Below, one piece after another: positions 38,304 to 47,763 of a stretch of DNA of 64,000 nt. The notes under the pieces were generated by a model. That model was not told where the DNA came from and made no database searches. It saw nothing but the letters and a program-made list of their open reading frames with translations. A program made the translations under genes and the position numbers. Numbering within the stretch: position 1 is the first letter of the stretch; each line of letters starts with the position of its first letter. The DNA comes from Candidatus Deferrimicrobiaceae bacterium (lineage in GTDB: Bacteria > Desulfobacterota > Deferrimicrobia > Deferrimicrobiales > Deferrimicrobiaceae), in NCBI GenBank assembly GCA_963792415.1, contig CAWBVY010000006.1:718113-782112 (forward strand). The letters run 5' to 3'.

Positions 38304-38390
38304 GCCGGAGTGGTGGAACTGGCAGACGCGCGGGACTCAAAATCCCGTGTCCGCGAGGACGTGAGGGTTCAAGTCCCTCCTCCGGCACCA
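38304..38390 (+). tRNA. tRNA-Leu (anticodon CAA), class II with long variable arm, encoded CCA
   Basis: Acceptor GCCGGAG/CTCCGGC; D-arm GTGGTGGAACTGGCAGACGC; anticodon stem CGGGA/TCCCG with loop CTCAAAA; long variable arm; T-loop TTCAAGT; 3' ACCA; promoter-like TTGGAA..TATAAA upstream. Confidence 0.9.
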
Positions 38391-38594
38391 CCTCAAATCA
38401 AGCAGTTACGCTCGACGCTGTGCCTCCGTTGATAGCACAGCCCTGCTTTCGCCGGGGCGTCTCCATCACCAAGACCACAATTGCGGGGGCGGGGGGAAAA
38501 TAATAGTGATTTTTTCCATCGGACTTGCCGATATTCCCTACGAGACAGAATTGTATCGATATTTCCCAGCCTTGGCTAAAAAAGGAGGGATTTG

Positions 38595-39161
38595 ATGAAA
38601 AGAACCGCCCTTTTATCGGTCTTGTTGTTGCTGGTCACCGTCCCGGCGTTCGCGGAAAACCCACCCAAAAACCCACCCAACTATGCAACCTTGAAACTTG
38701 GTGCGTATCTCCCACAGGCCGACGATATGGATAACTTCAACGACGGGTTCAACGTGGAAGTGGCGGTTGGCCAATATTTCAATCCGTATGCGGCTGTTGA
38801 TTTAAGCATCGGATATCTTAAGGCCAACGGCAGCGCTTCGGGAGTAAGTGGGCAGGTAAGAGCATACCCGGTCCTCCTGAGCATTAAGGGGGTGGTCCCG
38901 CTGTCCATTGTCGAACTGTATGGCCTTGTTGGGGGTGGGGTGTATTTTACTGACGCCCAAGTAAGCGGATTTGGGATTACTGATAGCGAGAGCGACATTA
39001 CAAGTGGATTCCAGGCAGGGGTGGGGGCAAACTTCAACTTGTCCGGGAACGTGTTCTTGGGAGTAGAAGGAAAATATTTTTGGGCATTTCCCGAGTTTGA
39101 CTCAGTCAAAGTCCATATCGACGGCATCCAAGCCACGGCAAATATCGGCTATCGTTTTTAG
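38595..39161 (+). CDS. Outer-membrane beta-barrel protein (OmpW/OmpA-like small porin family), low-GC
   Basis: 189 aa; signal peptide MKRTALLSVLLLLVTVPAFA; alternating amphipathic beta strands; C-terminal GYRF; about 50 % GC against about 70 % elsewhere; AAAGGAGGG RBS. Confidence 0.8.
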   Translation: MKRTALLSVLLLLVTVPAFAENPPKNPPNYATLKLGAYLPQADDMDNFNDGFNVEVAVGQYFNPYAAVDLSIGYLKANGSASGVSGQVRAYPVLLSIKGVVPLSIVELYGLVGGGVYFTDAQVSGFGITDSESDITSGFQAGVGANFNLSGNVFLGVEGKYFWAFPEFDSVKVHIDGIQATANIGYRF

Positions 39162-39216
39162 ATACCACCCGGTTTATGGTACATCGGGGGAGGGCCTCCG
39201 GTACCAAGGCAATCCG

Positions 39217-39254
39217 AAGGGCTGGCAATGATCCGTTGTCAGCCCTTTTTCATT
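39217..39254 (+). terminator. Rho-independent terminator downstream of the OMP gene
   Basis: AAGGGCTGGCAA-loop-TTGTCAGCCCTT stem followed by TTTTCATT. Confidence 0.5.
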
Positions 39255-39283
39255 GCGTGGGTGCTCGAAGGGGGTCCCCCGGG

Positions 39284-40264
39284 TCAGGCTTCCGGCAATA
39301 GGACGATTTTACCCCTTACCTGACGGTTGACCAGCCGCTTCATCGCGGCGGCGGCTTCGCTCAGAGGCACCCGTTCGCTGATGGATGGCCTCACCTTGCC
39401 GGCCGCGAACCATTCCATCAATTGCTTCACATTGCGCAGGTGGCCTTCGGGGTCGCGCTTGACCGATTCCCCCCAATAGACGCCGACGATGGAGCGTTCC
39501 TGGAGGAGAGCGAGGTTGATCGGAATCTTCGGGATGTCCCCGGCGGCGAACCCGATCACCAGGAGGCGCCCACCCCAGGCCGTGGCGCGCAGGGCGCTCT
39601 CGGTGTAGGGGCCGCCAACGGGATCGCAGACCACGTCCACTCCTTTGCCTCCCGTCAGCTCCTTGACGCGATCGCGCAGGTTTCCGGAGGCGTAGTTGAT
39701 GGTCTCATCGGCGCCCGCTTTCCGGCACAGGGAAAGTTTCTCCTCGCTGGAGGCGGCCGCGAGAACACGGGCGCCCATCACCTTGCCGATTTCGACGGCC
39801 GCAAGGCCGACGCCGCCCGCGGCTCCCAGCACCAGCAAGGTTTCGCCGGCACCGAGACGGCCCCTGTCCCGCAGTGCGTGGAGGGAGGTTCCATAGGTGA
39901 AGAAGAACGCGGCGCCGGTTTCGAAGTCCATCTCCCCGGGCAGCGTCGTCACCCGTCCGGCGTCCACCGCGCACTCCTCGGCGAAACCACCCCAGCCGGC
40001 GATGGCGCTGACCCTGTCGCCCGCATGGAAACCCCGCACATCCGCTCCGACCTCGACGATCACGCCAGCGATTTCCGTACCGGGCGAAAAGGGAAGGGGC
40101 GGCTTCACCTGGTAGAGACCCTGCGCCATCAAGGCATCGGGGAAGTTGAGCGAAGCGGCCTTTACATCGATCAGGACCTGGTGGGGACCGGGGCGCGGAG
40201 ATTCGATCTCCCGCATCGCGAGATGTTCCAGCGGACCGAAGGCGGTGCACAGCAGCGCTTTCAT
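39284..40264 (-). CDS. qor: NADPH:quinone oxidoreductase (zinc-type ADH/MDR family)
   Basis: 326 aa; LVLGAAGGVGLAAVEIGK cofactor motif. Confidence 0.85.
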   Translation of the reverse strand: MKALLCTAFGPLEHLAMREIESPRPGPHQVLIDVKAASLNFPDALMAQGLYQVKPPLPFSPGTEIAGVIVEVGADVRGFHAGDRVSAIAGWGGFAEECAVDAGRVTTLPGEMDFETGAAFFFTYGTSLHALRDRGRLGAGETLLVLGAAGGVGLAAVEIGKVMGARVLAAASSEEKLSLCRKAGADETINYASGNLRDRVKELTGGKGVDVVCDPVGGPYTESALRATAWGGRLLVIGFAAGDIPKIPINLALLQERSIVGVYWGESVKRDPEGHLRNVKQLMEWFAAGKVRPSISERVPLSEAAAAMKRLVNRQVRGKIVLLPEA

Positions 40265-40370
40265 GCCTTCCTCACGGGGTCACCATTTCCGAAGCGGTCC
40301 CCTTCCCCGAAAGGTGCCCTGCCACCGCGTCCCCGGGTTCGAGATACGCGAATCCATCCAAGGTACGCCG

Positions 40371-41447
40371 CTACTTTCCCGAGACCTCCGCGACGGCTTT
40401 CATGATGTTGTCCGAGGAGATCTCCAAAATGCCGTACAAGGTCTTTGTCTTCCCGGTGCGCGAATCGAGCACGGCCACGGAAGGGGTGCCCGGTACCTTG
40501 AACTTCTTGACGAGGGCGCTGAAGTACTGCATGCCGGCCATGACGTCCACGTAATTCAACGGGACATACTTCACGCCGAGGGGGGAAACCGCCGCCTGGA
40601 CATCCTCCGGCGTCGGTTCCTTTGTTCTCTTCGCAAGGGCCGCCATGGCTTCCCGGATCTCGAGATATTTCGCCTTCTCACGGACGATGAAGGACAAATT
40701 GTACGGAATGAAGTTGAAGGTTTCCGGGTGGACCGGGTAATCCACGAAAACCACCTTCGCCTTCCGCATGGCTTTTCGGGCACCCTTCAGGATCTCCGGC
40801 TCGGCGACGCGGCACGCGGGGCAGAACCAGTCCGTGATCATGTAGACCTCCGTACTGCTTTCCTCATCCCCGAAGGCGAGGGACTTCACCGGCAGACCGG
40901 CCGCAAACGCGTCGGGTTTCGAAAGACCCATCGCGGTTACGCCCATGCCGGCGAGGAACGCGAAAAGAATCAAAGCCGTCTTGCCCGCGAGCCGTTTCAT
41001 CTCCATGTTCCTTTCTCCGCCACGAATTCGGATTCCAACCCCGGGCAATCGCTCCAGGGCGATCAGGACGCACGCCGTTACGACCGAGAGGGCGATTCCG
41101 ACGCAGAGCGGGCACCACCTTCCAATAACATACTTCTGATACCAGACGAGTACGAATTCTGAGCCGAGTGCCCCGGAGAGCAGAACGGGGACCAGAAAAC
41201 CGGAGAACCGGAATCGGTTCCTTGTGAGAAAAGCGAGGCCGCACAATGTGAAATATCCGACGCCGAGGGGGGAAAGCGGGAGTCCGAAAATCCGGTACAG
41301 GTGCGTTTCCTCGCAACCACCGGAGCAGATCCCGAGCCAGGACAGGACGGAAAGGATCCACGCCGCGGCAAACGGCACCGCGATCCAATACCCGCGGTGC
41401 GATTTCCACAGACCGGCCGAAGCGGTTGTCTCCAGTGCAGCGCCCAT
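40371..41447 (-). CDS. Vitamin K epoxide reductase (VKOR) fused to a thioredoxin-like (DsbA-type) domain
   Basis: Internal start MGAALETT (ATG 41447); VKOR TM core with CSGGC and WCPLC; C-terminal thioredoxin fold with WFCPAC. Confidence 0.8.
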   Translation of the reverse strand: MGAALETTASAGLWKSHRGYWIAVPFAAAWILSVLSWLGICSGGCEETHLYRIFGLPLSPLGVGYFTLCGLAFLTRNRFRFSGFLVPVLLSGALGSEFVLVWYQKYVIGRWCPLCVGIALSVVTACVLIALERLPGVGIRIRGGERNMEMKRLAGKTALILFAFLAGMGVTAMGLSKPDAFAAGLPVKSLAFGDEESSTEVYMITDWFCPACRVAEPEILKGARKAMRKAKVVFVDYPVHPETFNFIPYNLSFIVREKAKYLEIREAMAALAKRTKEPTPEDVQAAVSPLGVKYVPLNYVDVMAGMQYFSALVKKFKVPGTPSVAVLDSRTGKTKTLYGILEISSDNIMKAVAEVSGK

Positions 41448-41475
41448 GCGTGAATCCTTTCCTTTTGATGATATC

Positions 41476-41493
41476 CGATTTCCCGGGAAATCG
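41476..41493. promoter_or_regulatory. 18 bp perfect palindrome CGATTTCCCGGGAAATCG, 29 bp upstream of the VKOR-Trx start codon (candidate operator)
   Basis: Exact reverse-complement symmetry read from the sequence; lies in a 318 bp non-coding gap. Confidence 0.4.
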
Positions 41494-41765
41494 CCGATCC
41501 CGAAAGCCTGGTGCACGCTGTGTCCCGCGTTCTTCTCGCTCAAGCCCTCAGTGTCTGGAAGCAGGCGTTGGGTCGGCGTTCCGCCGCCGGGGCGAATCGG
41601 TTCGCGGAGAAGATCTGCAGCGAGTTCCCCATGATGTTCCGGCGCGTCTCCCTGCCTTCTTTCCGGACCAGAGGAATTCCTCCCCAAGGCACGGTTTCAC
41701 GGCATCCTTCAGCCGCACCATCGAGGGTTTCGGAGAACCGATGATCCCCGGCAGATTCATCACCC

Positions 41766-42302
41766 TCACCGATCCCCCTGCGGTGGAGGCGGGACGGCAT
41801 GGTCCGAAAAATACCGTTTCCACGGTCCGCTGCCTTCGATGAACGGCTGCAGGATCGCCCTTTCGCCCTGGACCGTGTGCATCAGGTCGTGCCCTGCCCA
41901 CTGGTGGATCAACTCCCCGAGGGTGACCATTCCCAGCTCCTGGTGCCGCGCCGTGCGGCTCAAATCGTCGCCCCCGACCTTCGACAACACCACCATGCTC
42001 TCCGCCCGAAGCCGAACGAAATCGCCGGCCAATTCGACCGGGGTCGGATTTCCGCCCGGCCCCTTTCCCTCTTCCCCCGGCTGATACGCCGGAAAATCCT
42101 CGCCGCGTAACAGATACCCCACACGCGCCGGGAACACCGACCTCTCGGTGTCGACGATGTGCCGTAAACATTCGTACGCCGACCACTCCTTCGGCGCCGG
42201 CTTCCATTGAAACAGCTCCGGCGACAGCATCGATGCCAACTGGAGCCACCGTTGCGGCGTCGCCTCGAGCACCGGAAGGACCAACCGGAATATGGGCAGC
42301 AT
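41766..42302 (-). CDS. DinB_2/YfiT-like metal-dependent hydrolase superfamily protein
   Basis: 178 aa; WSAYECLRHIVDTE and HQWAGHDLMH His-motifs typical of the DinB_2 four-helix bundle. Confidence 0.7.
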   Translation of the reverse strand: MLPIFRLVLPVLEATPQRWLQLASMLSPELFQWKPAPKEWSAYECLRHIVDTERSVFPARVGYLLRGEDFPAYQPGEEGKGPGGNPTPVELAGDFVRLRAESMVVLSKVGGDDLSRTARHQELGMVTLGELIHQWAGHDLMHTVQGERAILQPFIEGSGPWKRYFSDHAVPPPPQGDR

Positions 42303-42430
42303 GCTTCCTCCTGGGAATCCGGGTCTTCGACCGGATCGGCAGACCCGATAGAAATCGACGGGTCATAATTGATACGCGATGCCCTTGCCCTGTTAACCAG
42401 AAACCGTGCCGCGGGGATGCCGGGGGGACT

Positions 42431-43630
42431 TCATACGCGCACCTCCGGGGGCGCCTTGACCGTCGCGACCATTACGGCGGCGGCCGCCGCGAGGAGGGCC
42501 GCGATGCGGAACGCCGAGGCGTAACCGTGGGTGGTGTCGAAGATCCATCCCCCCGCCAACGGGCCGATCATCCCGGCAACCCCCCATGCCGTCAATAGGA
42601 GGCCGTAGTTGTTCCCGAGGTTCCGCATCCCGAAATAATCGGCGGTCGTCGACGGGAAGACGGCGAGCTGCGAACCGTAGCAGTATCCGATGAGGAAGAC
42701 GGCGGCGAAGAGCATCGGCACGGTGGAAACCCCGGGGGCGAGGAAGAGGAGCAGTGCCGTCGCGCCCATCACCAGGGTGAGCGTGCGTACGCGTCCGAAG
42801 TGATCCGACATCCACCCCGAGGCGATCCGCCCGCACCCGTTCCCCACCGAAAGCATCCCCACGGAGAGGGCGGAATCGCGGGCGGAGAACCCCGCCCCCA
42901 GCGCGAAGGCGGCGAGATGCCCGATCACCATCAGTCCCGCCGCGGTGCCGAAGGCGTACGCGACCCACATCCGGCGGAAGGCGCCGGTACCCACCATCTC
43001 CCGCGGGAGGAAATCCCGGCCGCCCCGCGCCGCCCCCTTCCCCGCCGCCGGAGGACTCCATCCCGGAGGGCGCCACCCTTCCGGCGGGTTCCGCAGGAAC
43101 ATCGACCCGGCGACCGTCACCGCCAGAAACCCCGCGCCGAGGATGCCGAAGGTGTCGCGCCACCCGAAGCGGTCGATCATGTATCCGGCCAGCGGGGCGA
43201 TCACCGCGCCCCCCGCGCCGTATCCCATCACCATCATTCCCGTGACCAGCCCCCGCCGCTCGGGGAACCATTTCATCCCGACGGAGAGGGGGCACGTGTA
43301 GCCGATACCGCTGCCCAGCCCCACGACGACGCCGTAGCAGCCGTATAACCATGCCAGGGAGTCCGTGTACCGGGAAAGGAAGATCCCCGCGGAGAAGAGA
43401 AGCGCGCCGACGAGGGAGACGGCCGCGGGACCCCGGCGGTCCTGCCACCGCCCCCCGACCAGCACACCGACGGCGATGAAGGCGATCGAGAGGGTGAACG
43501 CGATGGAGAGCTCCGAGCGCGTCCAGCCGAATTCGCGCTGGAGGGGGGTGAGAAACACGCTGTAGACGTACGCGGCGCCGAGGCAAAGGTTCAAGCTCAC
43601 GCCGCCGGCGACGCGGAACCACCGGTTCAC
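42431..43630 (-). CDS. MFS transporter, oxalate/formate antiporter (OFA) family
   Basis: 399 aa, 12 TM; OFA-like N-terminus MNRWFRVAGGVSLNLCLGAAYVYSVF. Confidence 0.85.
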   Translation of the reverse strand: MNRWFRVAGGVSLNLCLGAAYVYSVFLTPLQREFGWTRSELSIAFTLSIAFIAVGVLVGGRWQDRRGPAAVSLVGALLFSAGIFLSRYTDSLAWLYGCYGVVVGLGSGIGYTCPLSVGMKWFPERRGLVTGMMVMGYGAGGAVIAPLAGYMIDRFGWRDTFGILGAGFLAVTVAGSMFLRNPPEGWRPPGWSPPAAGKGAARGGRDFLPREMVGTGAFRRMWVAYAFGTAAGLMVIGHLAAFALGAGFSARDSALSVGMLSVGNGCGRIASGWMSDHFGRVRTLTLVMGATALLLFLAPGVSTVPMLFAAVFLIGYCYGSQLAVFPSTTADYFGMRNLGNNYGLLLTAWGVAGMIGPLAGGWIFDTTHGYASAFRIAALLAAAAAVMVATVKAPPEVRV

Positions 43631-43658
43631 GCCGCCCCCCTCCCGCGGTGGAACAGGG

Positions 43659-44351
43659 TCACTTGACCGAGATCAGCTCCACCTCGAAGATCAGCGTGGC
43701 GTTCGGACCGATGTCGCGGCCCGCCCCCCTCTCGCCGTACGCGAGATTCGGAGGGATGAAGAGCTGCCACTTCGCCCCTTCCTTCATCAGCTGGAGCGCC
43801 TCGGTCCAACCGGCGATCACGCCCGAGACGGGGAACGTCGCCGGCTCGCCGCGCTTGTAGGAACTGTCGAACTCCGTCCCGTCGATCAGCGTCCCCTTGT
43901 AGTGGGTCGTCACCGTGTCGGTCGCCTTCGGGCTTTTCCCCGTGCCGGGGGTGATCACCTTGTACTGGAGTCCGCTCGGGAGGGACTTCACCCCCTCCTT
44001 CTTCGCGTTCTCCGCGAGGAACTTCTCCCCTTCCACCTTGTTCTTCTCCGAGAGTTTCTGCATCGCCTCCGCCTTCTTCGCCATCAGCGTCTTCTGGAAG
44101 CCCTCTATCGCCTGGCGCGCCTGGTCCTCGGTGAGGAGGGTTTTCCCCCCGCCGTAGCTGTCCTTCAACCCTTTTGCCAGAATGTCCGGGTCCACCTCGA
44201 CGGCTCCCCGCTTCAGGTTTCCCCCGATGTCCATCCCGATGCTGTAGCTGATCTTCTCCTTGTCGCTTTTCAATTCCGGCCCATCCGCCGCAAACGACAC
44301 CCCCGAAAAGGCAACCATGGCGCACAACGCCACCGCAAGCCGTCTCCTCAT
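43659..44351 (-). CDS. fkpA: FKBP-type peptidyl-prolyl cis-trans isomerase (FkpA/Mip-like), periplasmic
   Basis: 230 aa; signal peptide, dimerisation helix, FKBP domain [15 protein letters not shown]...GWTEAL. Confidence 0.85.
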   Translation of the reverse strand: MRRRLAVALCAMVAFSGVSFAADGPELKSDKEKISYSIGMDIGGNLKRGAVEVDPDILAKGLKDSYGGGKTLLTEDQARQAIEGFQKTLMAKKAEAMQKLSEKNKVEGEKFLAENAKKEGVKSLPSGLQYKVITPGTGKSPKATDTVTTHYKGTLIDGTEFDSSYKRGEPATFPVSGVIAGWTEALQLMKEGAKWQLFIPPNLAYGERGAGRDIGPNATLIFEVELISVK

Positions 44352-44547
44352 CCTTGCCGCTCCTTTCCGTCGAAAACCGGATCTGTCGTTCCGTTCCGTA
44401 ATTTTACACGCCGGCCCGCCGAACCGGAAGCGGATTCCCCTGCACCGGAGCGTCTTTCCGGAACGGGAGGTTTGCGGTATAAATGATCTTCGCGCGCGGG
44501 TCTTTCCACGCGGGCCGAGGGGAACGCTGCCCGGGAGAGGGCGGGAA

Positions 44548-45631
44548 GGGAGAGGGGATGCAGATCAAAGTGACGCAGGCGCCGGATAACCGCAGGAGGC
44601 AGAGGCCGAAAAGCGGCGAGAAGCTCGGGTTCGGAAACCTTTTCTCGGACCACATGTTCCTGATGGACTACACGTCGGGAAAGGGATGGGAAAACGCCCG
44701 CATCGTCCCGTACGGGCCGATCTCGCTCGACCCTTCCGCGATGGTGCTGCACTACGGGCAGGAGATCTTCGAGGGGATGAAGGCCTACTACGCGCGGGAC
44801 GGCGCCGTCTGCCTCTTCCGTCCCGACCGGAACGCGGAGCGTATGAACCGCTCGGCGGCGCGGATGTGTTTGCCGGAGATCCCGGTCGAAGACCAGTTGG
44901 CCGCCATCCGTTCCCTGGTGCGGCTCGACCGGGAGTGGATCCCGAGGGACGAGGGGGCCTCCCTGTACATCCGTCCGACGATGATCGCAACCGAGGCGGG
45001 GCTCGGCGTCCGCCCGTCGGCGGAGGTTCTCTATTTCATCATCACCGGACCGGTGGGGGCGTACTACCCCCGGGGATTCGACCCCGTCCGCATCCTCGTC
45101 GAGGAGCGGTACGTGCGCGCCGCCAAAGGGGGGGTGGGAGAGGCGAAGACGGGCGGAAATTACGCGGCGAGTCTCCTCGCGGCGAAGAACGCGAAGGCGC
45201 TGGGTTTCGACCAGGTCCTCTGGCTCGACGCCGGGCAGCGGAACTTCGTGGAAGAGGTGGGGACGATGAACATCTTCTTCGTGCTCCGCGGCGAACTGGT
45301 CACCCCCCCGCTCTCCGGGTCGATCCTGTCCGGGGTAACACGGGACACCGTCCTCACGCTCGCGCGGGAGTGGAAGATCCCGGTGGCGGAGCGCCCCGTG
45401 GAGATCGACGAGGTCCTGAAGGGGGCCGCGGACGGAACGCTATCGGAGGCGTTCGGCTCCGGGACGGCGGCGGTCATCTCCCCGGTCGGTTCCTTCTCCT
45501 GCCGCGGGAAGGAGGTCGCCGTGAACGGGGGGAAGGCGGGAGACCTCGCCGTTCGCCTCTTCCGGGAGATCACCGGGATCCAGTACGGGGAGATCGAGGA
45601 CCGCCACCGGTGGATCCACCGGGTGGAGTGA
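44548..45631 (+). CDS. ilvE: Branched-chain amino acid aminotransferase (fold type IV)
   Basis: Start MQIKVT after GGAGAGGGG RBS; 361 aa IlvE. Confidence 0.9.
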
Positions 45632-45920
45632 GGGGGGCCTGCAAACCGAGTGCGGCCATCAAGGCCTCGCGGGTGACGCCGGCAACGCGGACAATCTTGC
45701 TCCGACCCCTCTCCCCCGTGACCAGCGTGATGCGGCTCCTGGGAACCCCCACGGCCTTCGCGAGGAAGCGGACGAGGGCGTCGTTGGCCTTCCCCTCGAC
45801 CGGGGGGGCGTTGAGTCGGATCCGCACGACGCCGCCCTCGAACCCCGCGACCCCCTCCTTCGAGGAGCGCGGTACCACGCGGACCGACACGGTGGCGGAG
45901 GGGTCGTCCGCGAGGCTCAC
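45570..45920 (-). CDS. yggU: DUF167/YggU-family protein
   Basis: GTG start overlapping yggT stop (GTGA); VSVRVVPRSSKEGVAGFEGGVVRIRLNAPPVEGKANDALVRFLAK matches DUF167; 3' end overlaps convergent ilvE by ~62 bp. Confidence 0.7.
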   Translation of the reverse strand: MSLADDPSATVSVRVVPRSSKEGVAGFEGGVVRIRLNAPPVEGKANDALVRFLAKAVGVPRSRITLVTGERGRSKIVRVAGVTREALMAALGLQAPLTPPGGSTGGGPRSPRTGSR

Positions 45921-46216
45921 GGCATCCGGAGGGCGAGGTCGACCAGCGTCCGCACGATGAACCGCTGCAGGAAGATGATGACGAGGATCGCGACCATCGG
46001 CGCGAAGTCGATCGAGCCGGCGAACAGCGGGAGTTTCCGGCGCAGGCGGGAGAGGACCGGTTCGGTCACCGCATAGAGGCCGCGAACGATCGGATTGTAC
46101 GGATCGGGGCTGACCCACGACAGCACGGCCCGAAGGATGAACGCCCACATGTAGGCCCACAGAACATAATCGACGATGGTCGCCAGCGCCTGGAGCAGGT
46201 TCCTCGCCACGAACAT
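45917..46216 (-). CDS. yggT: YggT-family membrane protein
   Basis: 99 aa, two TM helices, YggT/Ycf19 layout. Confidence 0.8.
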   Translation of the reverse strand: MFVARNLLQALATIVDYVLWAYMWAFILRAVLSWVSPDPYNPIVRGLYAVTEPVLSRLRRKLPLFAGSIDFAPMVAILVIIFLQRFIVRTLVDLALRMP

Positions 46217-46232
46217 TCCTTTCCTCCCCCTT

Positions 46233-47036
46233 TCAGCCCGAAAGCTCGCGGCATCGCTGCCACGCGGAAAGCACCGCGTCCATCACCGTTGCCCGGAAGG
46301 CCCCGCGCTCCAGCGCGGCCACCCCGGCGGCCGTCGTACCCCCGGGCGACATCACCATGTCCTTGAGCTCGGCGGGGTGCTTCCCCGTCTCGCGGACCAT
46401 CCGCGCCGCTCCCTCGAGGGTCGAGGCCGCGAGGAGCGAGGCCTCGGCCCGCCCCATCCCGGCCCGCACCGCGCCGTCCGCCAGCGCCTCGAGGAAGAGG
46501 AACGCGTAGGCGGGGCCGGAACCGGAAAGCGCGGTCACCGCGTCGAGCAGCTCCTCGCGGGGCATCTCGGCCACCGTTCCGAAGGAGGAGAACATGGCGA
46601 GGACCTCATGCCGGGTCGCCGCGTCGACGACGGGCGGAAAGTAGATCCCGGTGCTCCCCATGCCGACCTGCGCCGGTGTGTTGGGCATCGTCCGCACGAT
46701 CTTCGCCCCTTCCCCGAGCGCCTTCTCGAAGAGGGCGATCTTCGCGCCCGCCACGATGGAGACGAACGTCTTCCCCCGCGCCGCGTCCCGGGAGATCCCG
46801 GACAGGACCGATGAAAGGACCTGCGGCTTCACGGCGACCACCACCGTGTCGCAGGAGCGCAGCAGGTCCTCGACGGAACGGGCGACGACGACCCCGAAAC
46901 GGTGGCGCAGCTCCTCACCTCGACCCGGGGCCACGTCGTACACCATCACCTGCTCCGGCGAGCGCAGTTTCGCGGAGAGCAGGCCGCGGATCACCGCCTC
47001 CCCCATGTTTCCCGCACCGAGAAATCCGAGCGCCAT
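46233..47036 (-). CDS. proC: Pyrroline-5-carboxylate reductase
   Basis: 267 aa; N-terminal LGFLGAGNMG NADP fold. Confidence 0.9.
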   Translation of the reverse strand: MALGFLGAGNMGEAVIRGLLSAKLRSPEQVMVYDVAPGRGEELRHRFGVVVARSVEDLLRSCDTVVVAVKPQVLSSVLSGISRDAARGKTFVSIVAGAKIALFEKALGEGAKIVRTMPNTPAQVGMGSTGIYFPPVVDAATRHEVLAMFSSFGTVAEMPREELLDAVTALSGSGPAYAFLFLEALADGAVRAGMGRAEASLLAASTLEGAARMVRETGKHPAELKDMVMSPGGTTAAGVAALERGAFRATVMDAVLSAWQRCRELSG

Positions 47037-47040
47037 GATA

Positions 47041-47763
47041 TCAGCCCCTCCCCTGCCGGCTTCCGAAGATCGCGGTCCCCACGCGGACCATCGTCGCCCC
47101 TTCCCCGATCGCCTGTTCGAAATCGTTGGACATTCCCATGGACAACTCCCCGAGCGCGGCGCCGGGGATCTCCCGTGCCAGCGCGTCCCGCAGCTCCCGC
47201 AGCCGCGCGAAGTGAGGCCGGCTCCCCTCGGGGTCGGCGGAAAACGGCGGGATCGCCATGAAACCCTCCACCCGCACTCCGGGGAGTCCGGCGGACTCGC
47301 GGAGAATCGCGCGCAGATCGGCGGGGTCGGCTCCCGCCTTGCTCCCCTCGCCGCCGAGATTGACCTCGATCAGTACCCGTGACGTCTTTCCGGATTCCGC
47401 GGCACAACGCGAGATCTCGCGGAGCCGCCTGGCGGAATCCGCCGTCTGGATCCAGGAGAACAGGGCGACCGCCCTGCGGACCTTGTTCCCCTGCAGACGC
47501 CCGATCATGTGCCATTCGGCGCCCGGAAGCGCCGGGGTCTTCTCCTCCGCCTCCTGGACGTAATTTTCGCCGAACACCGACAACCCCGCCGCGTGCGCCT
47601 CGAGGACCCGCGCGAGCGGCTGGGTCTTCGAAACCGCGATCAGCTTCACGGAACCGGCCGGCCTCCCCGACCGTCGCACGGCGTCCGCGATCCGTTCCCG
47701 CACCCACGCCGCACGCTCCCCGAGCGGCGCACCCTCGCCCGGAGGCGATCCGGGAGGACTCAT
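47041..47763 (-). CDS. yggS: PLP homeostasis protein YggS (alanine racemase N-domain family)
   Basis: Internal start MSPPGSPPGE of an 830 aa artefactual ORF; LIAVSKTQP PLP-lysine motif; ATGA overlap with maf. Confidence 0.85.
   Translation of the reverse strand: MSPPGSPPGEGAPLGERAAWVRERIADAVRRSGRPAGSVKLIAVSKTQPLARVLEAHAAGLSVFGENYVQEAEEKTPALPGAEWHMIGRLQGNKVRRAVALFSWIQTADSARRLREISRCAAESGKTSRVLIEVNLGGEGSKAGADPADLRAILRESAGLPGVRVEGFMAIPPFSADPEGSRPHFARLRELRDALAREIPGAALGELSMGMSNDFEQAIGEGATMVRVGTAIFGSRQGRG

Noticed and set aside
38244-38503. Two short plus-strand ORFs (62 and 75 aa) at 38.2-38.5 kb
   Set aside because: They overlap the tRNA-Leu gene and its promoter. They are artefacts of calling GTG/TTG starts.
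41426-41842. 138 aa plus-strand and 86 aa minus-strand ORFs inside the 318 bp VKOR upstream gap
   Set aside because: They have no RBS, an Arg/Pro-rich composition, and overlap the dinB_2 stop. I treat the gap as non-coding or regulatory instead.
42303-42430. Hairpin GGGTCT...AGACCC between the MFS stop and dinB_2 start as a terminator
   Set aside because: The stem is short and there is no clear U-tract on the transcribed strand, so a terminator cannot be supported confidently.
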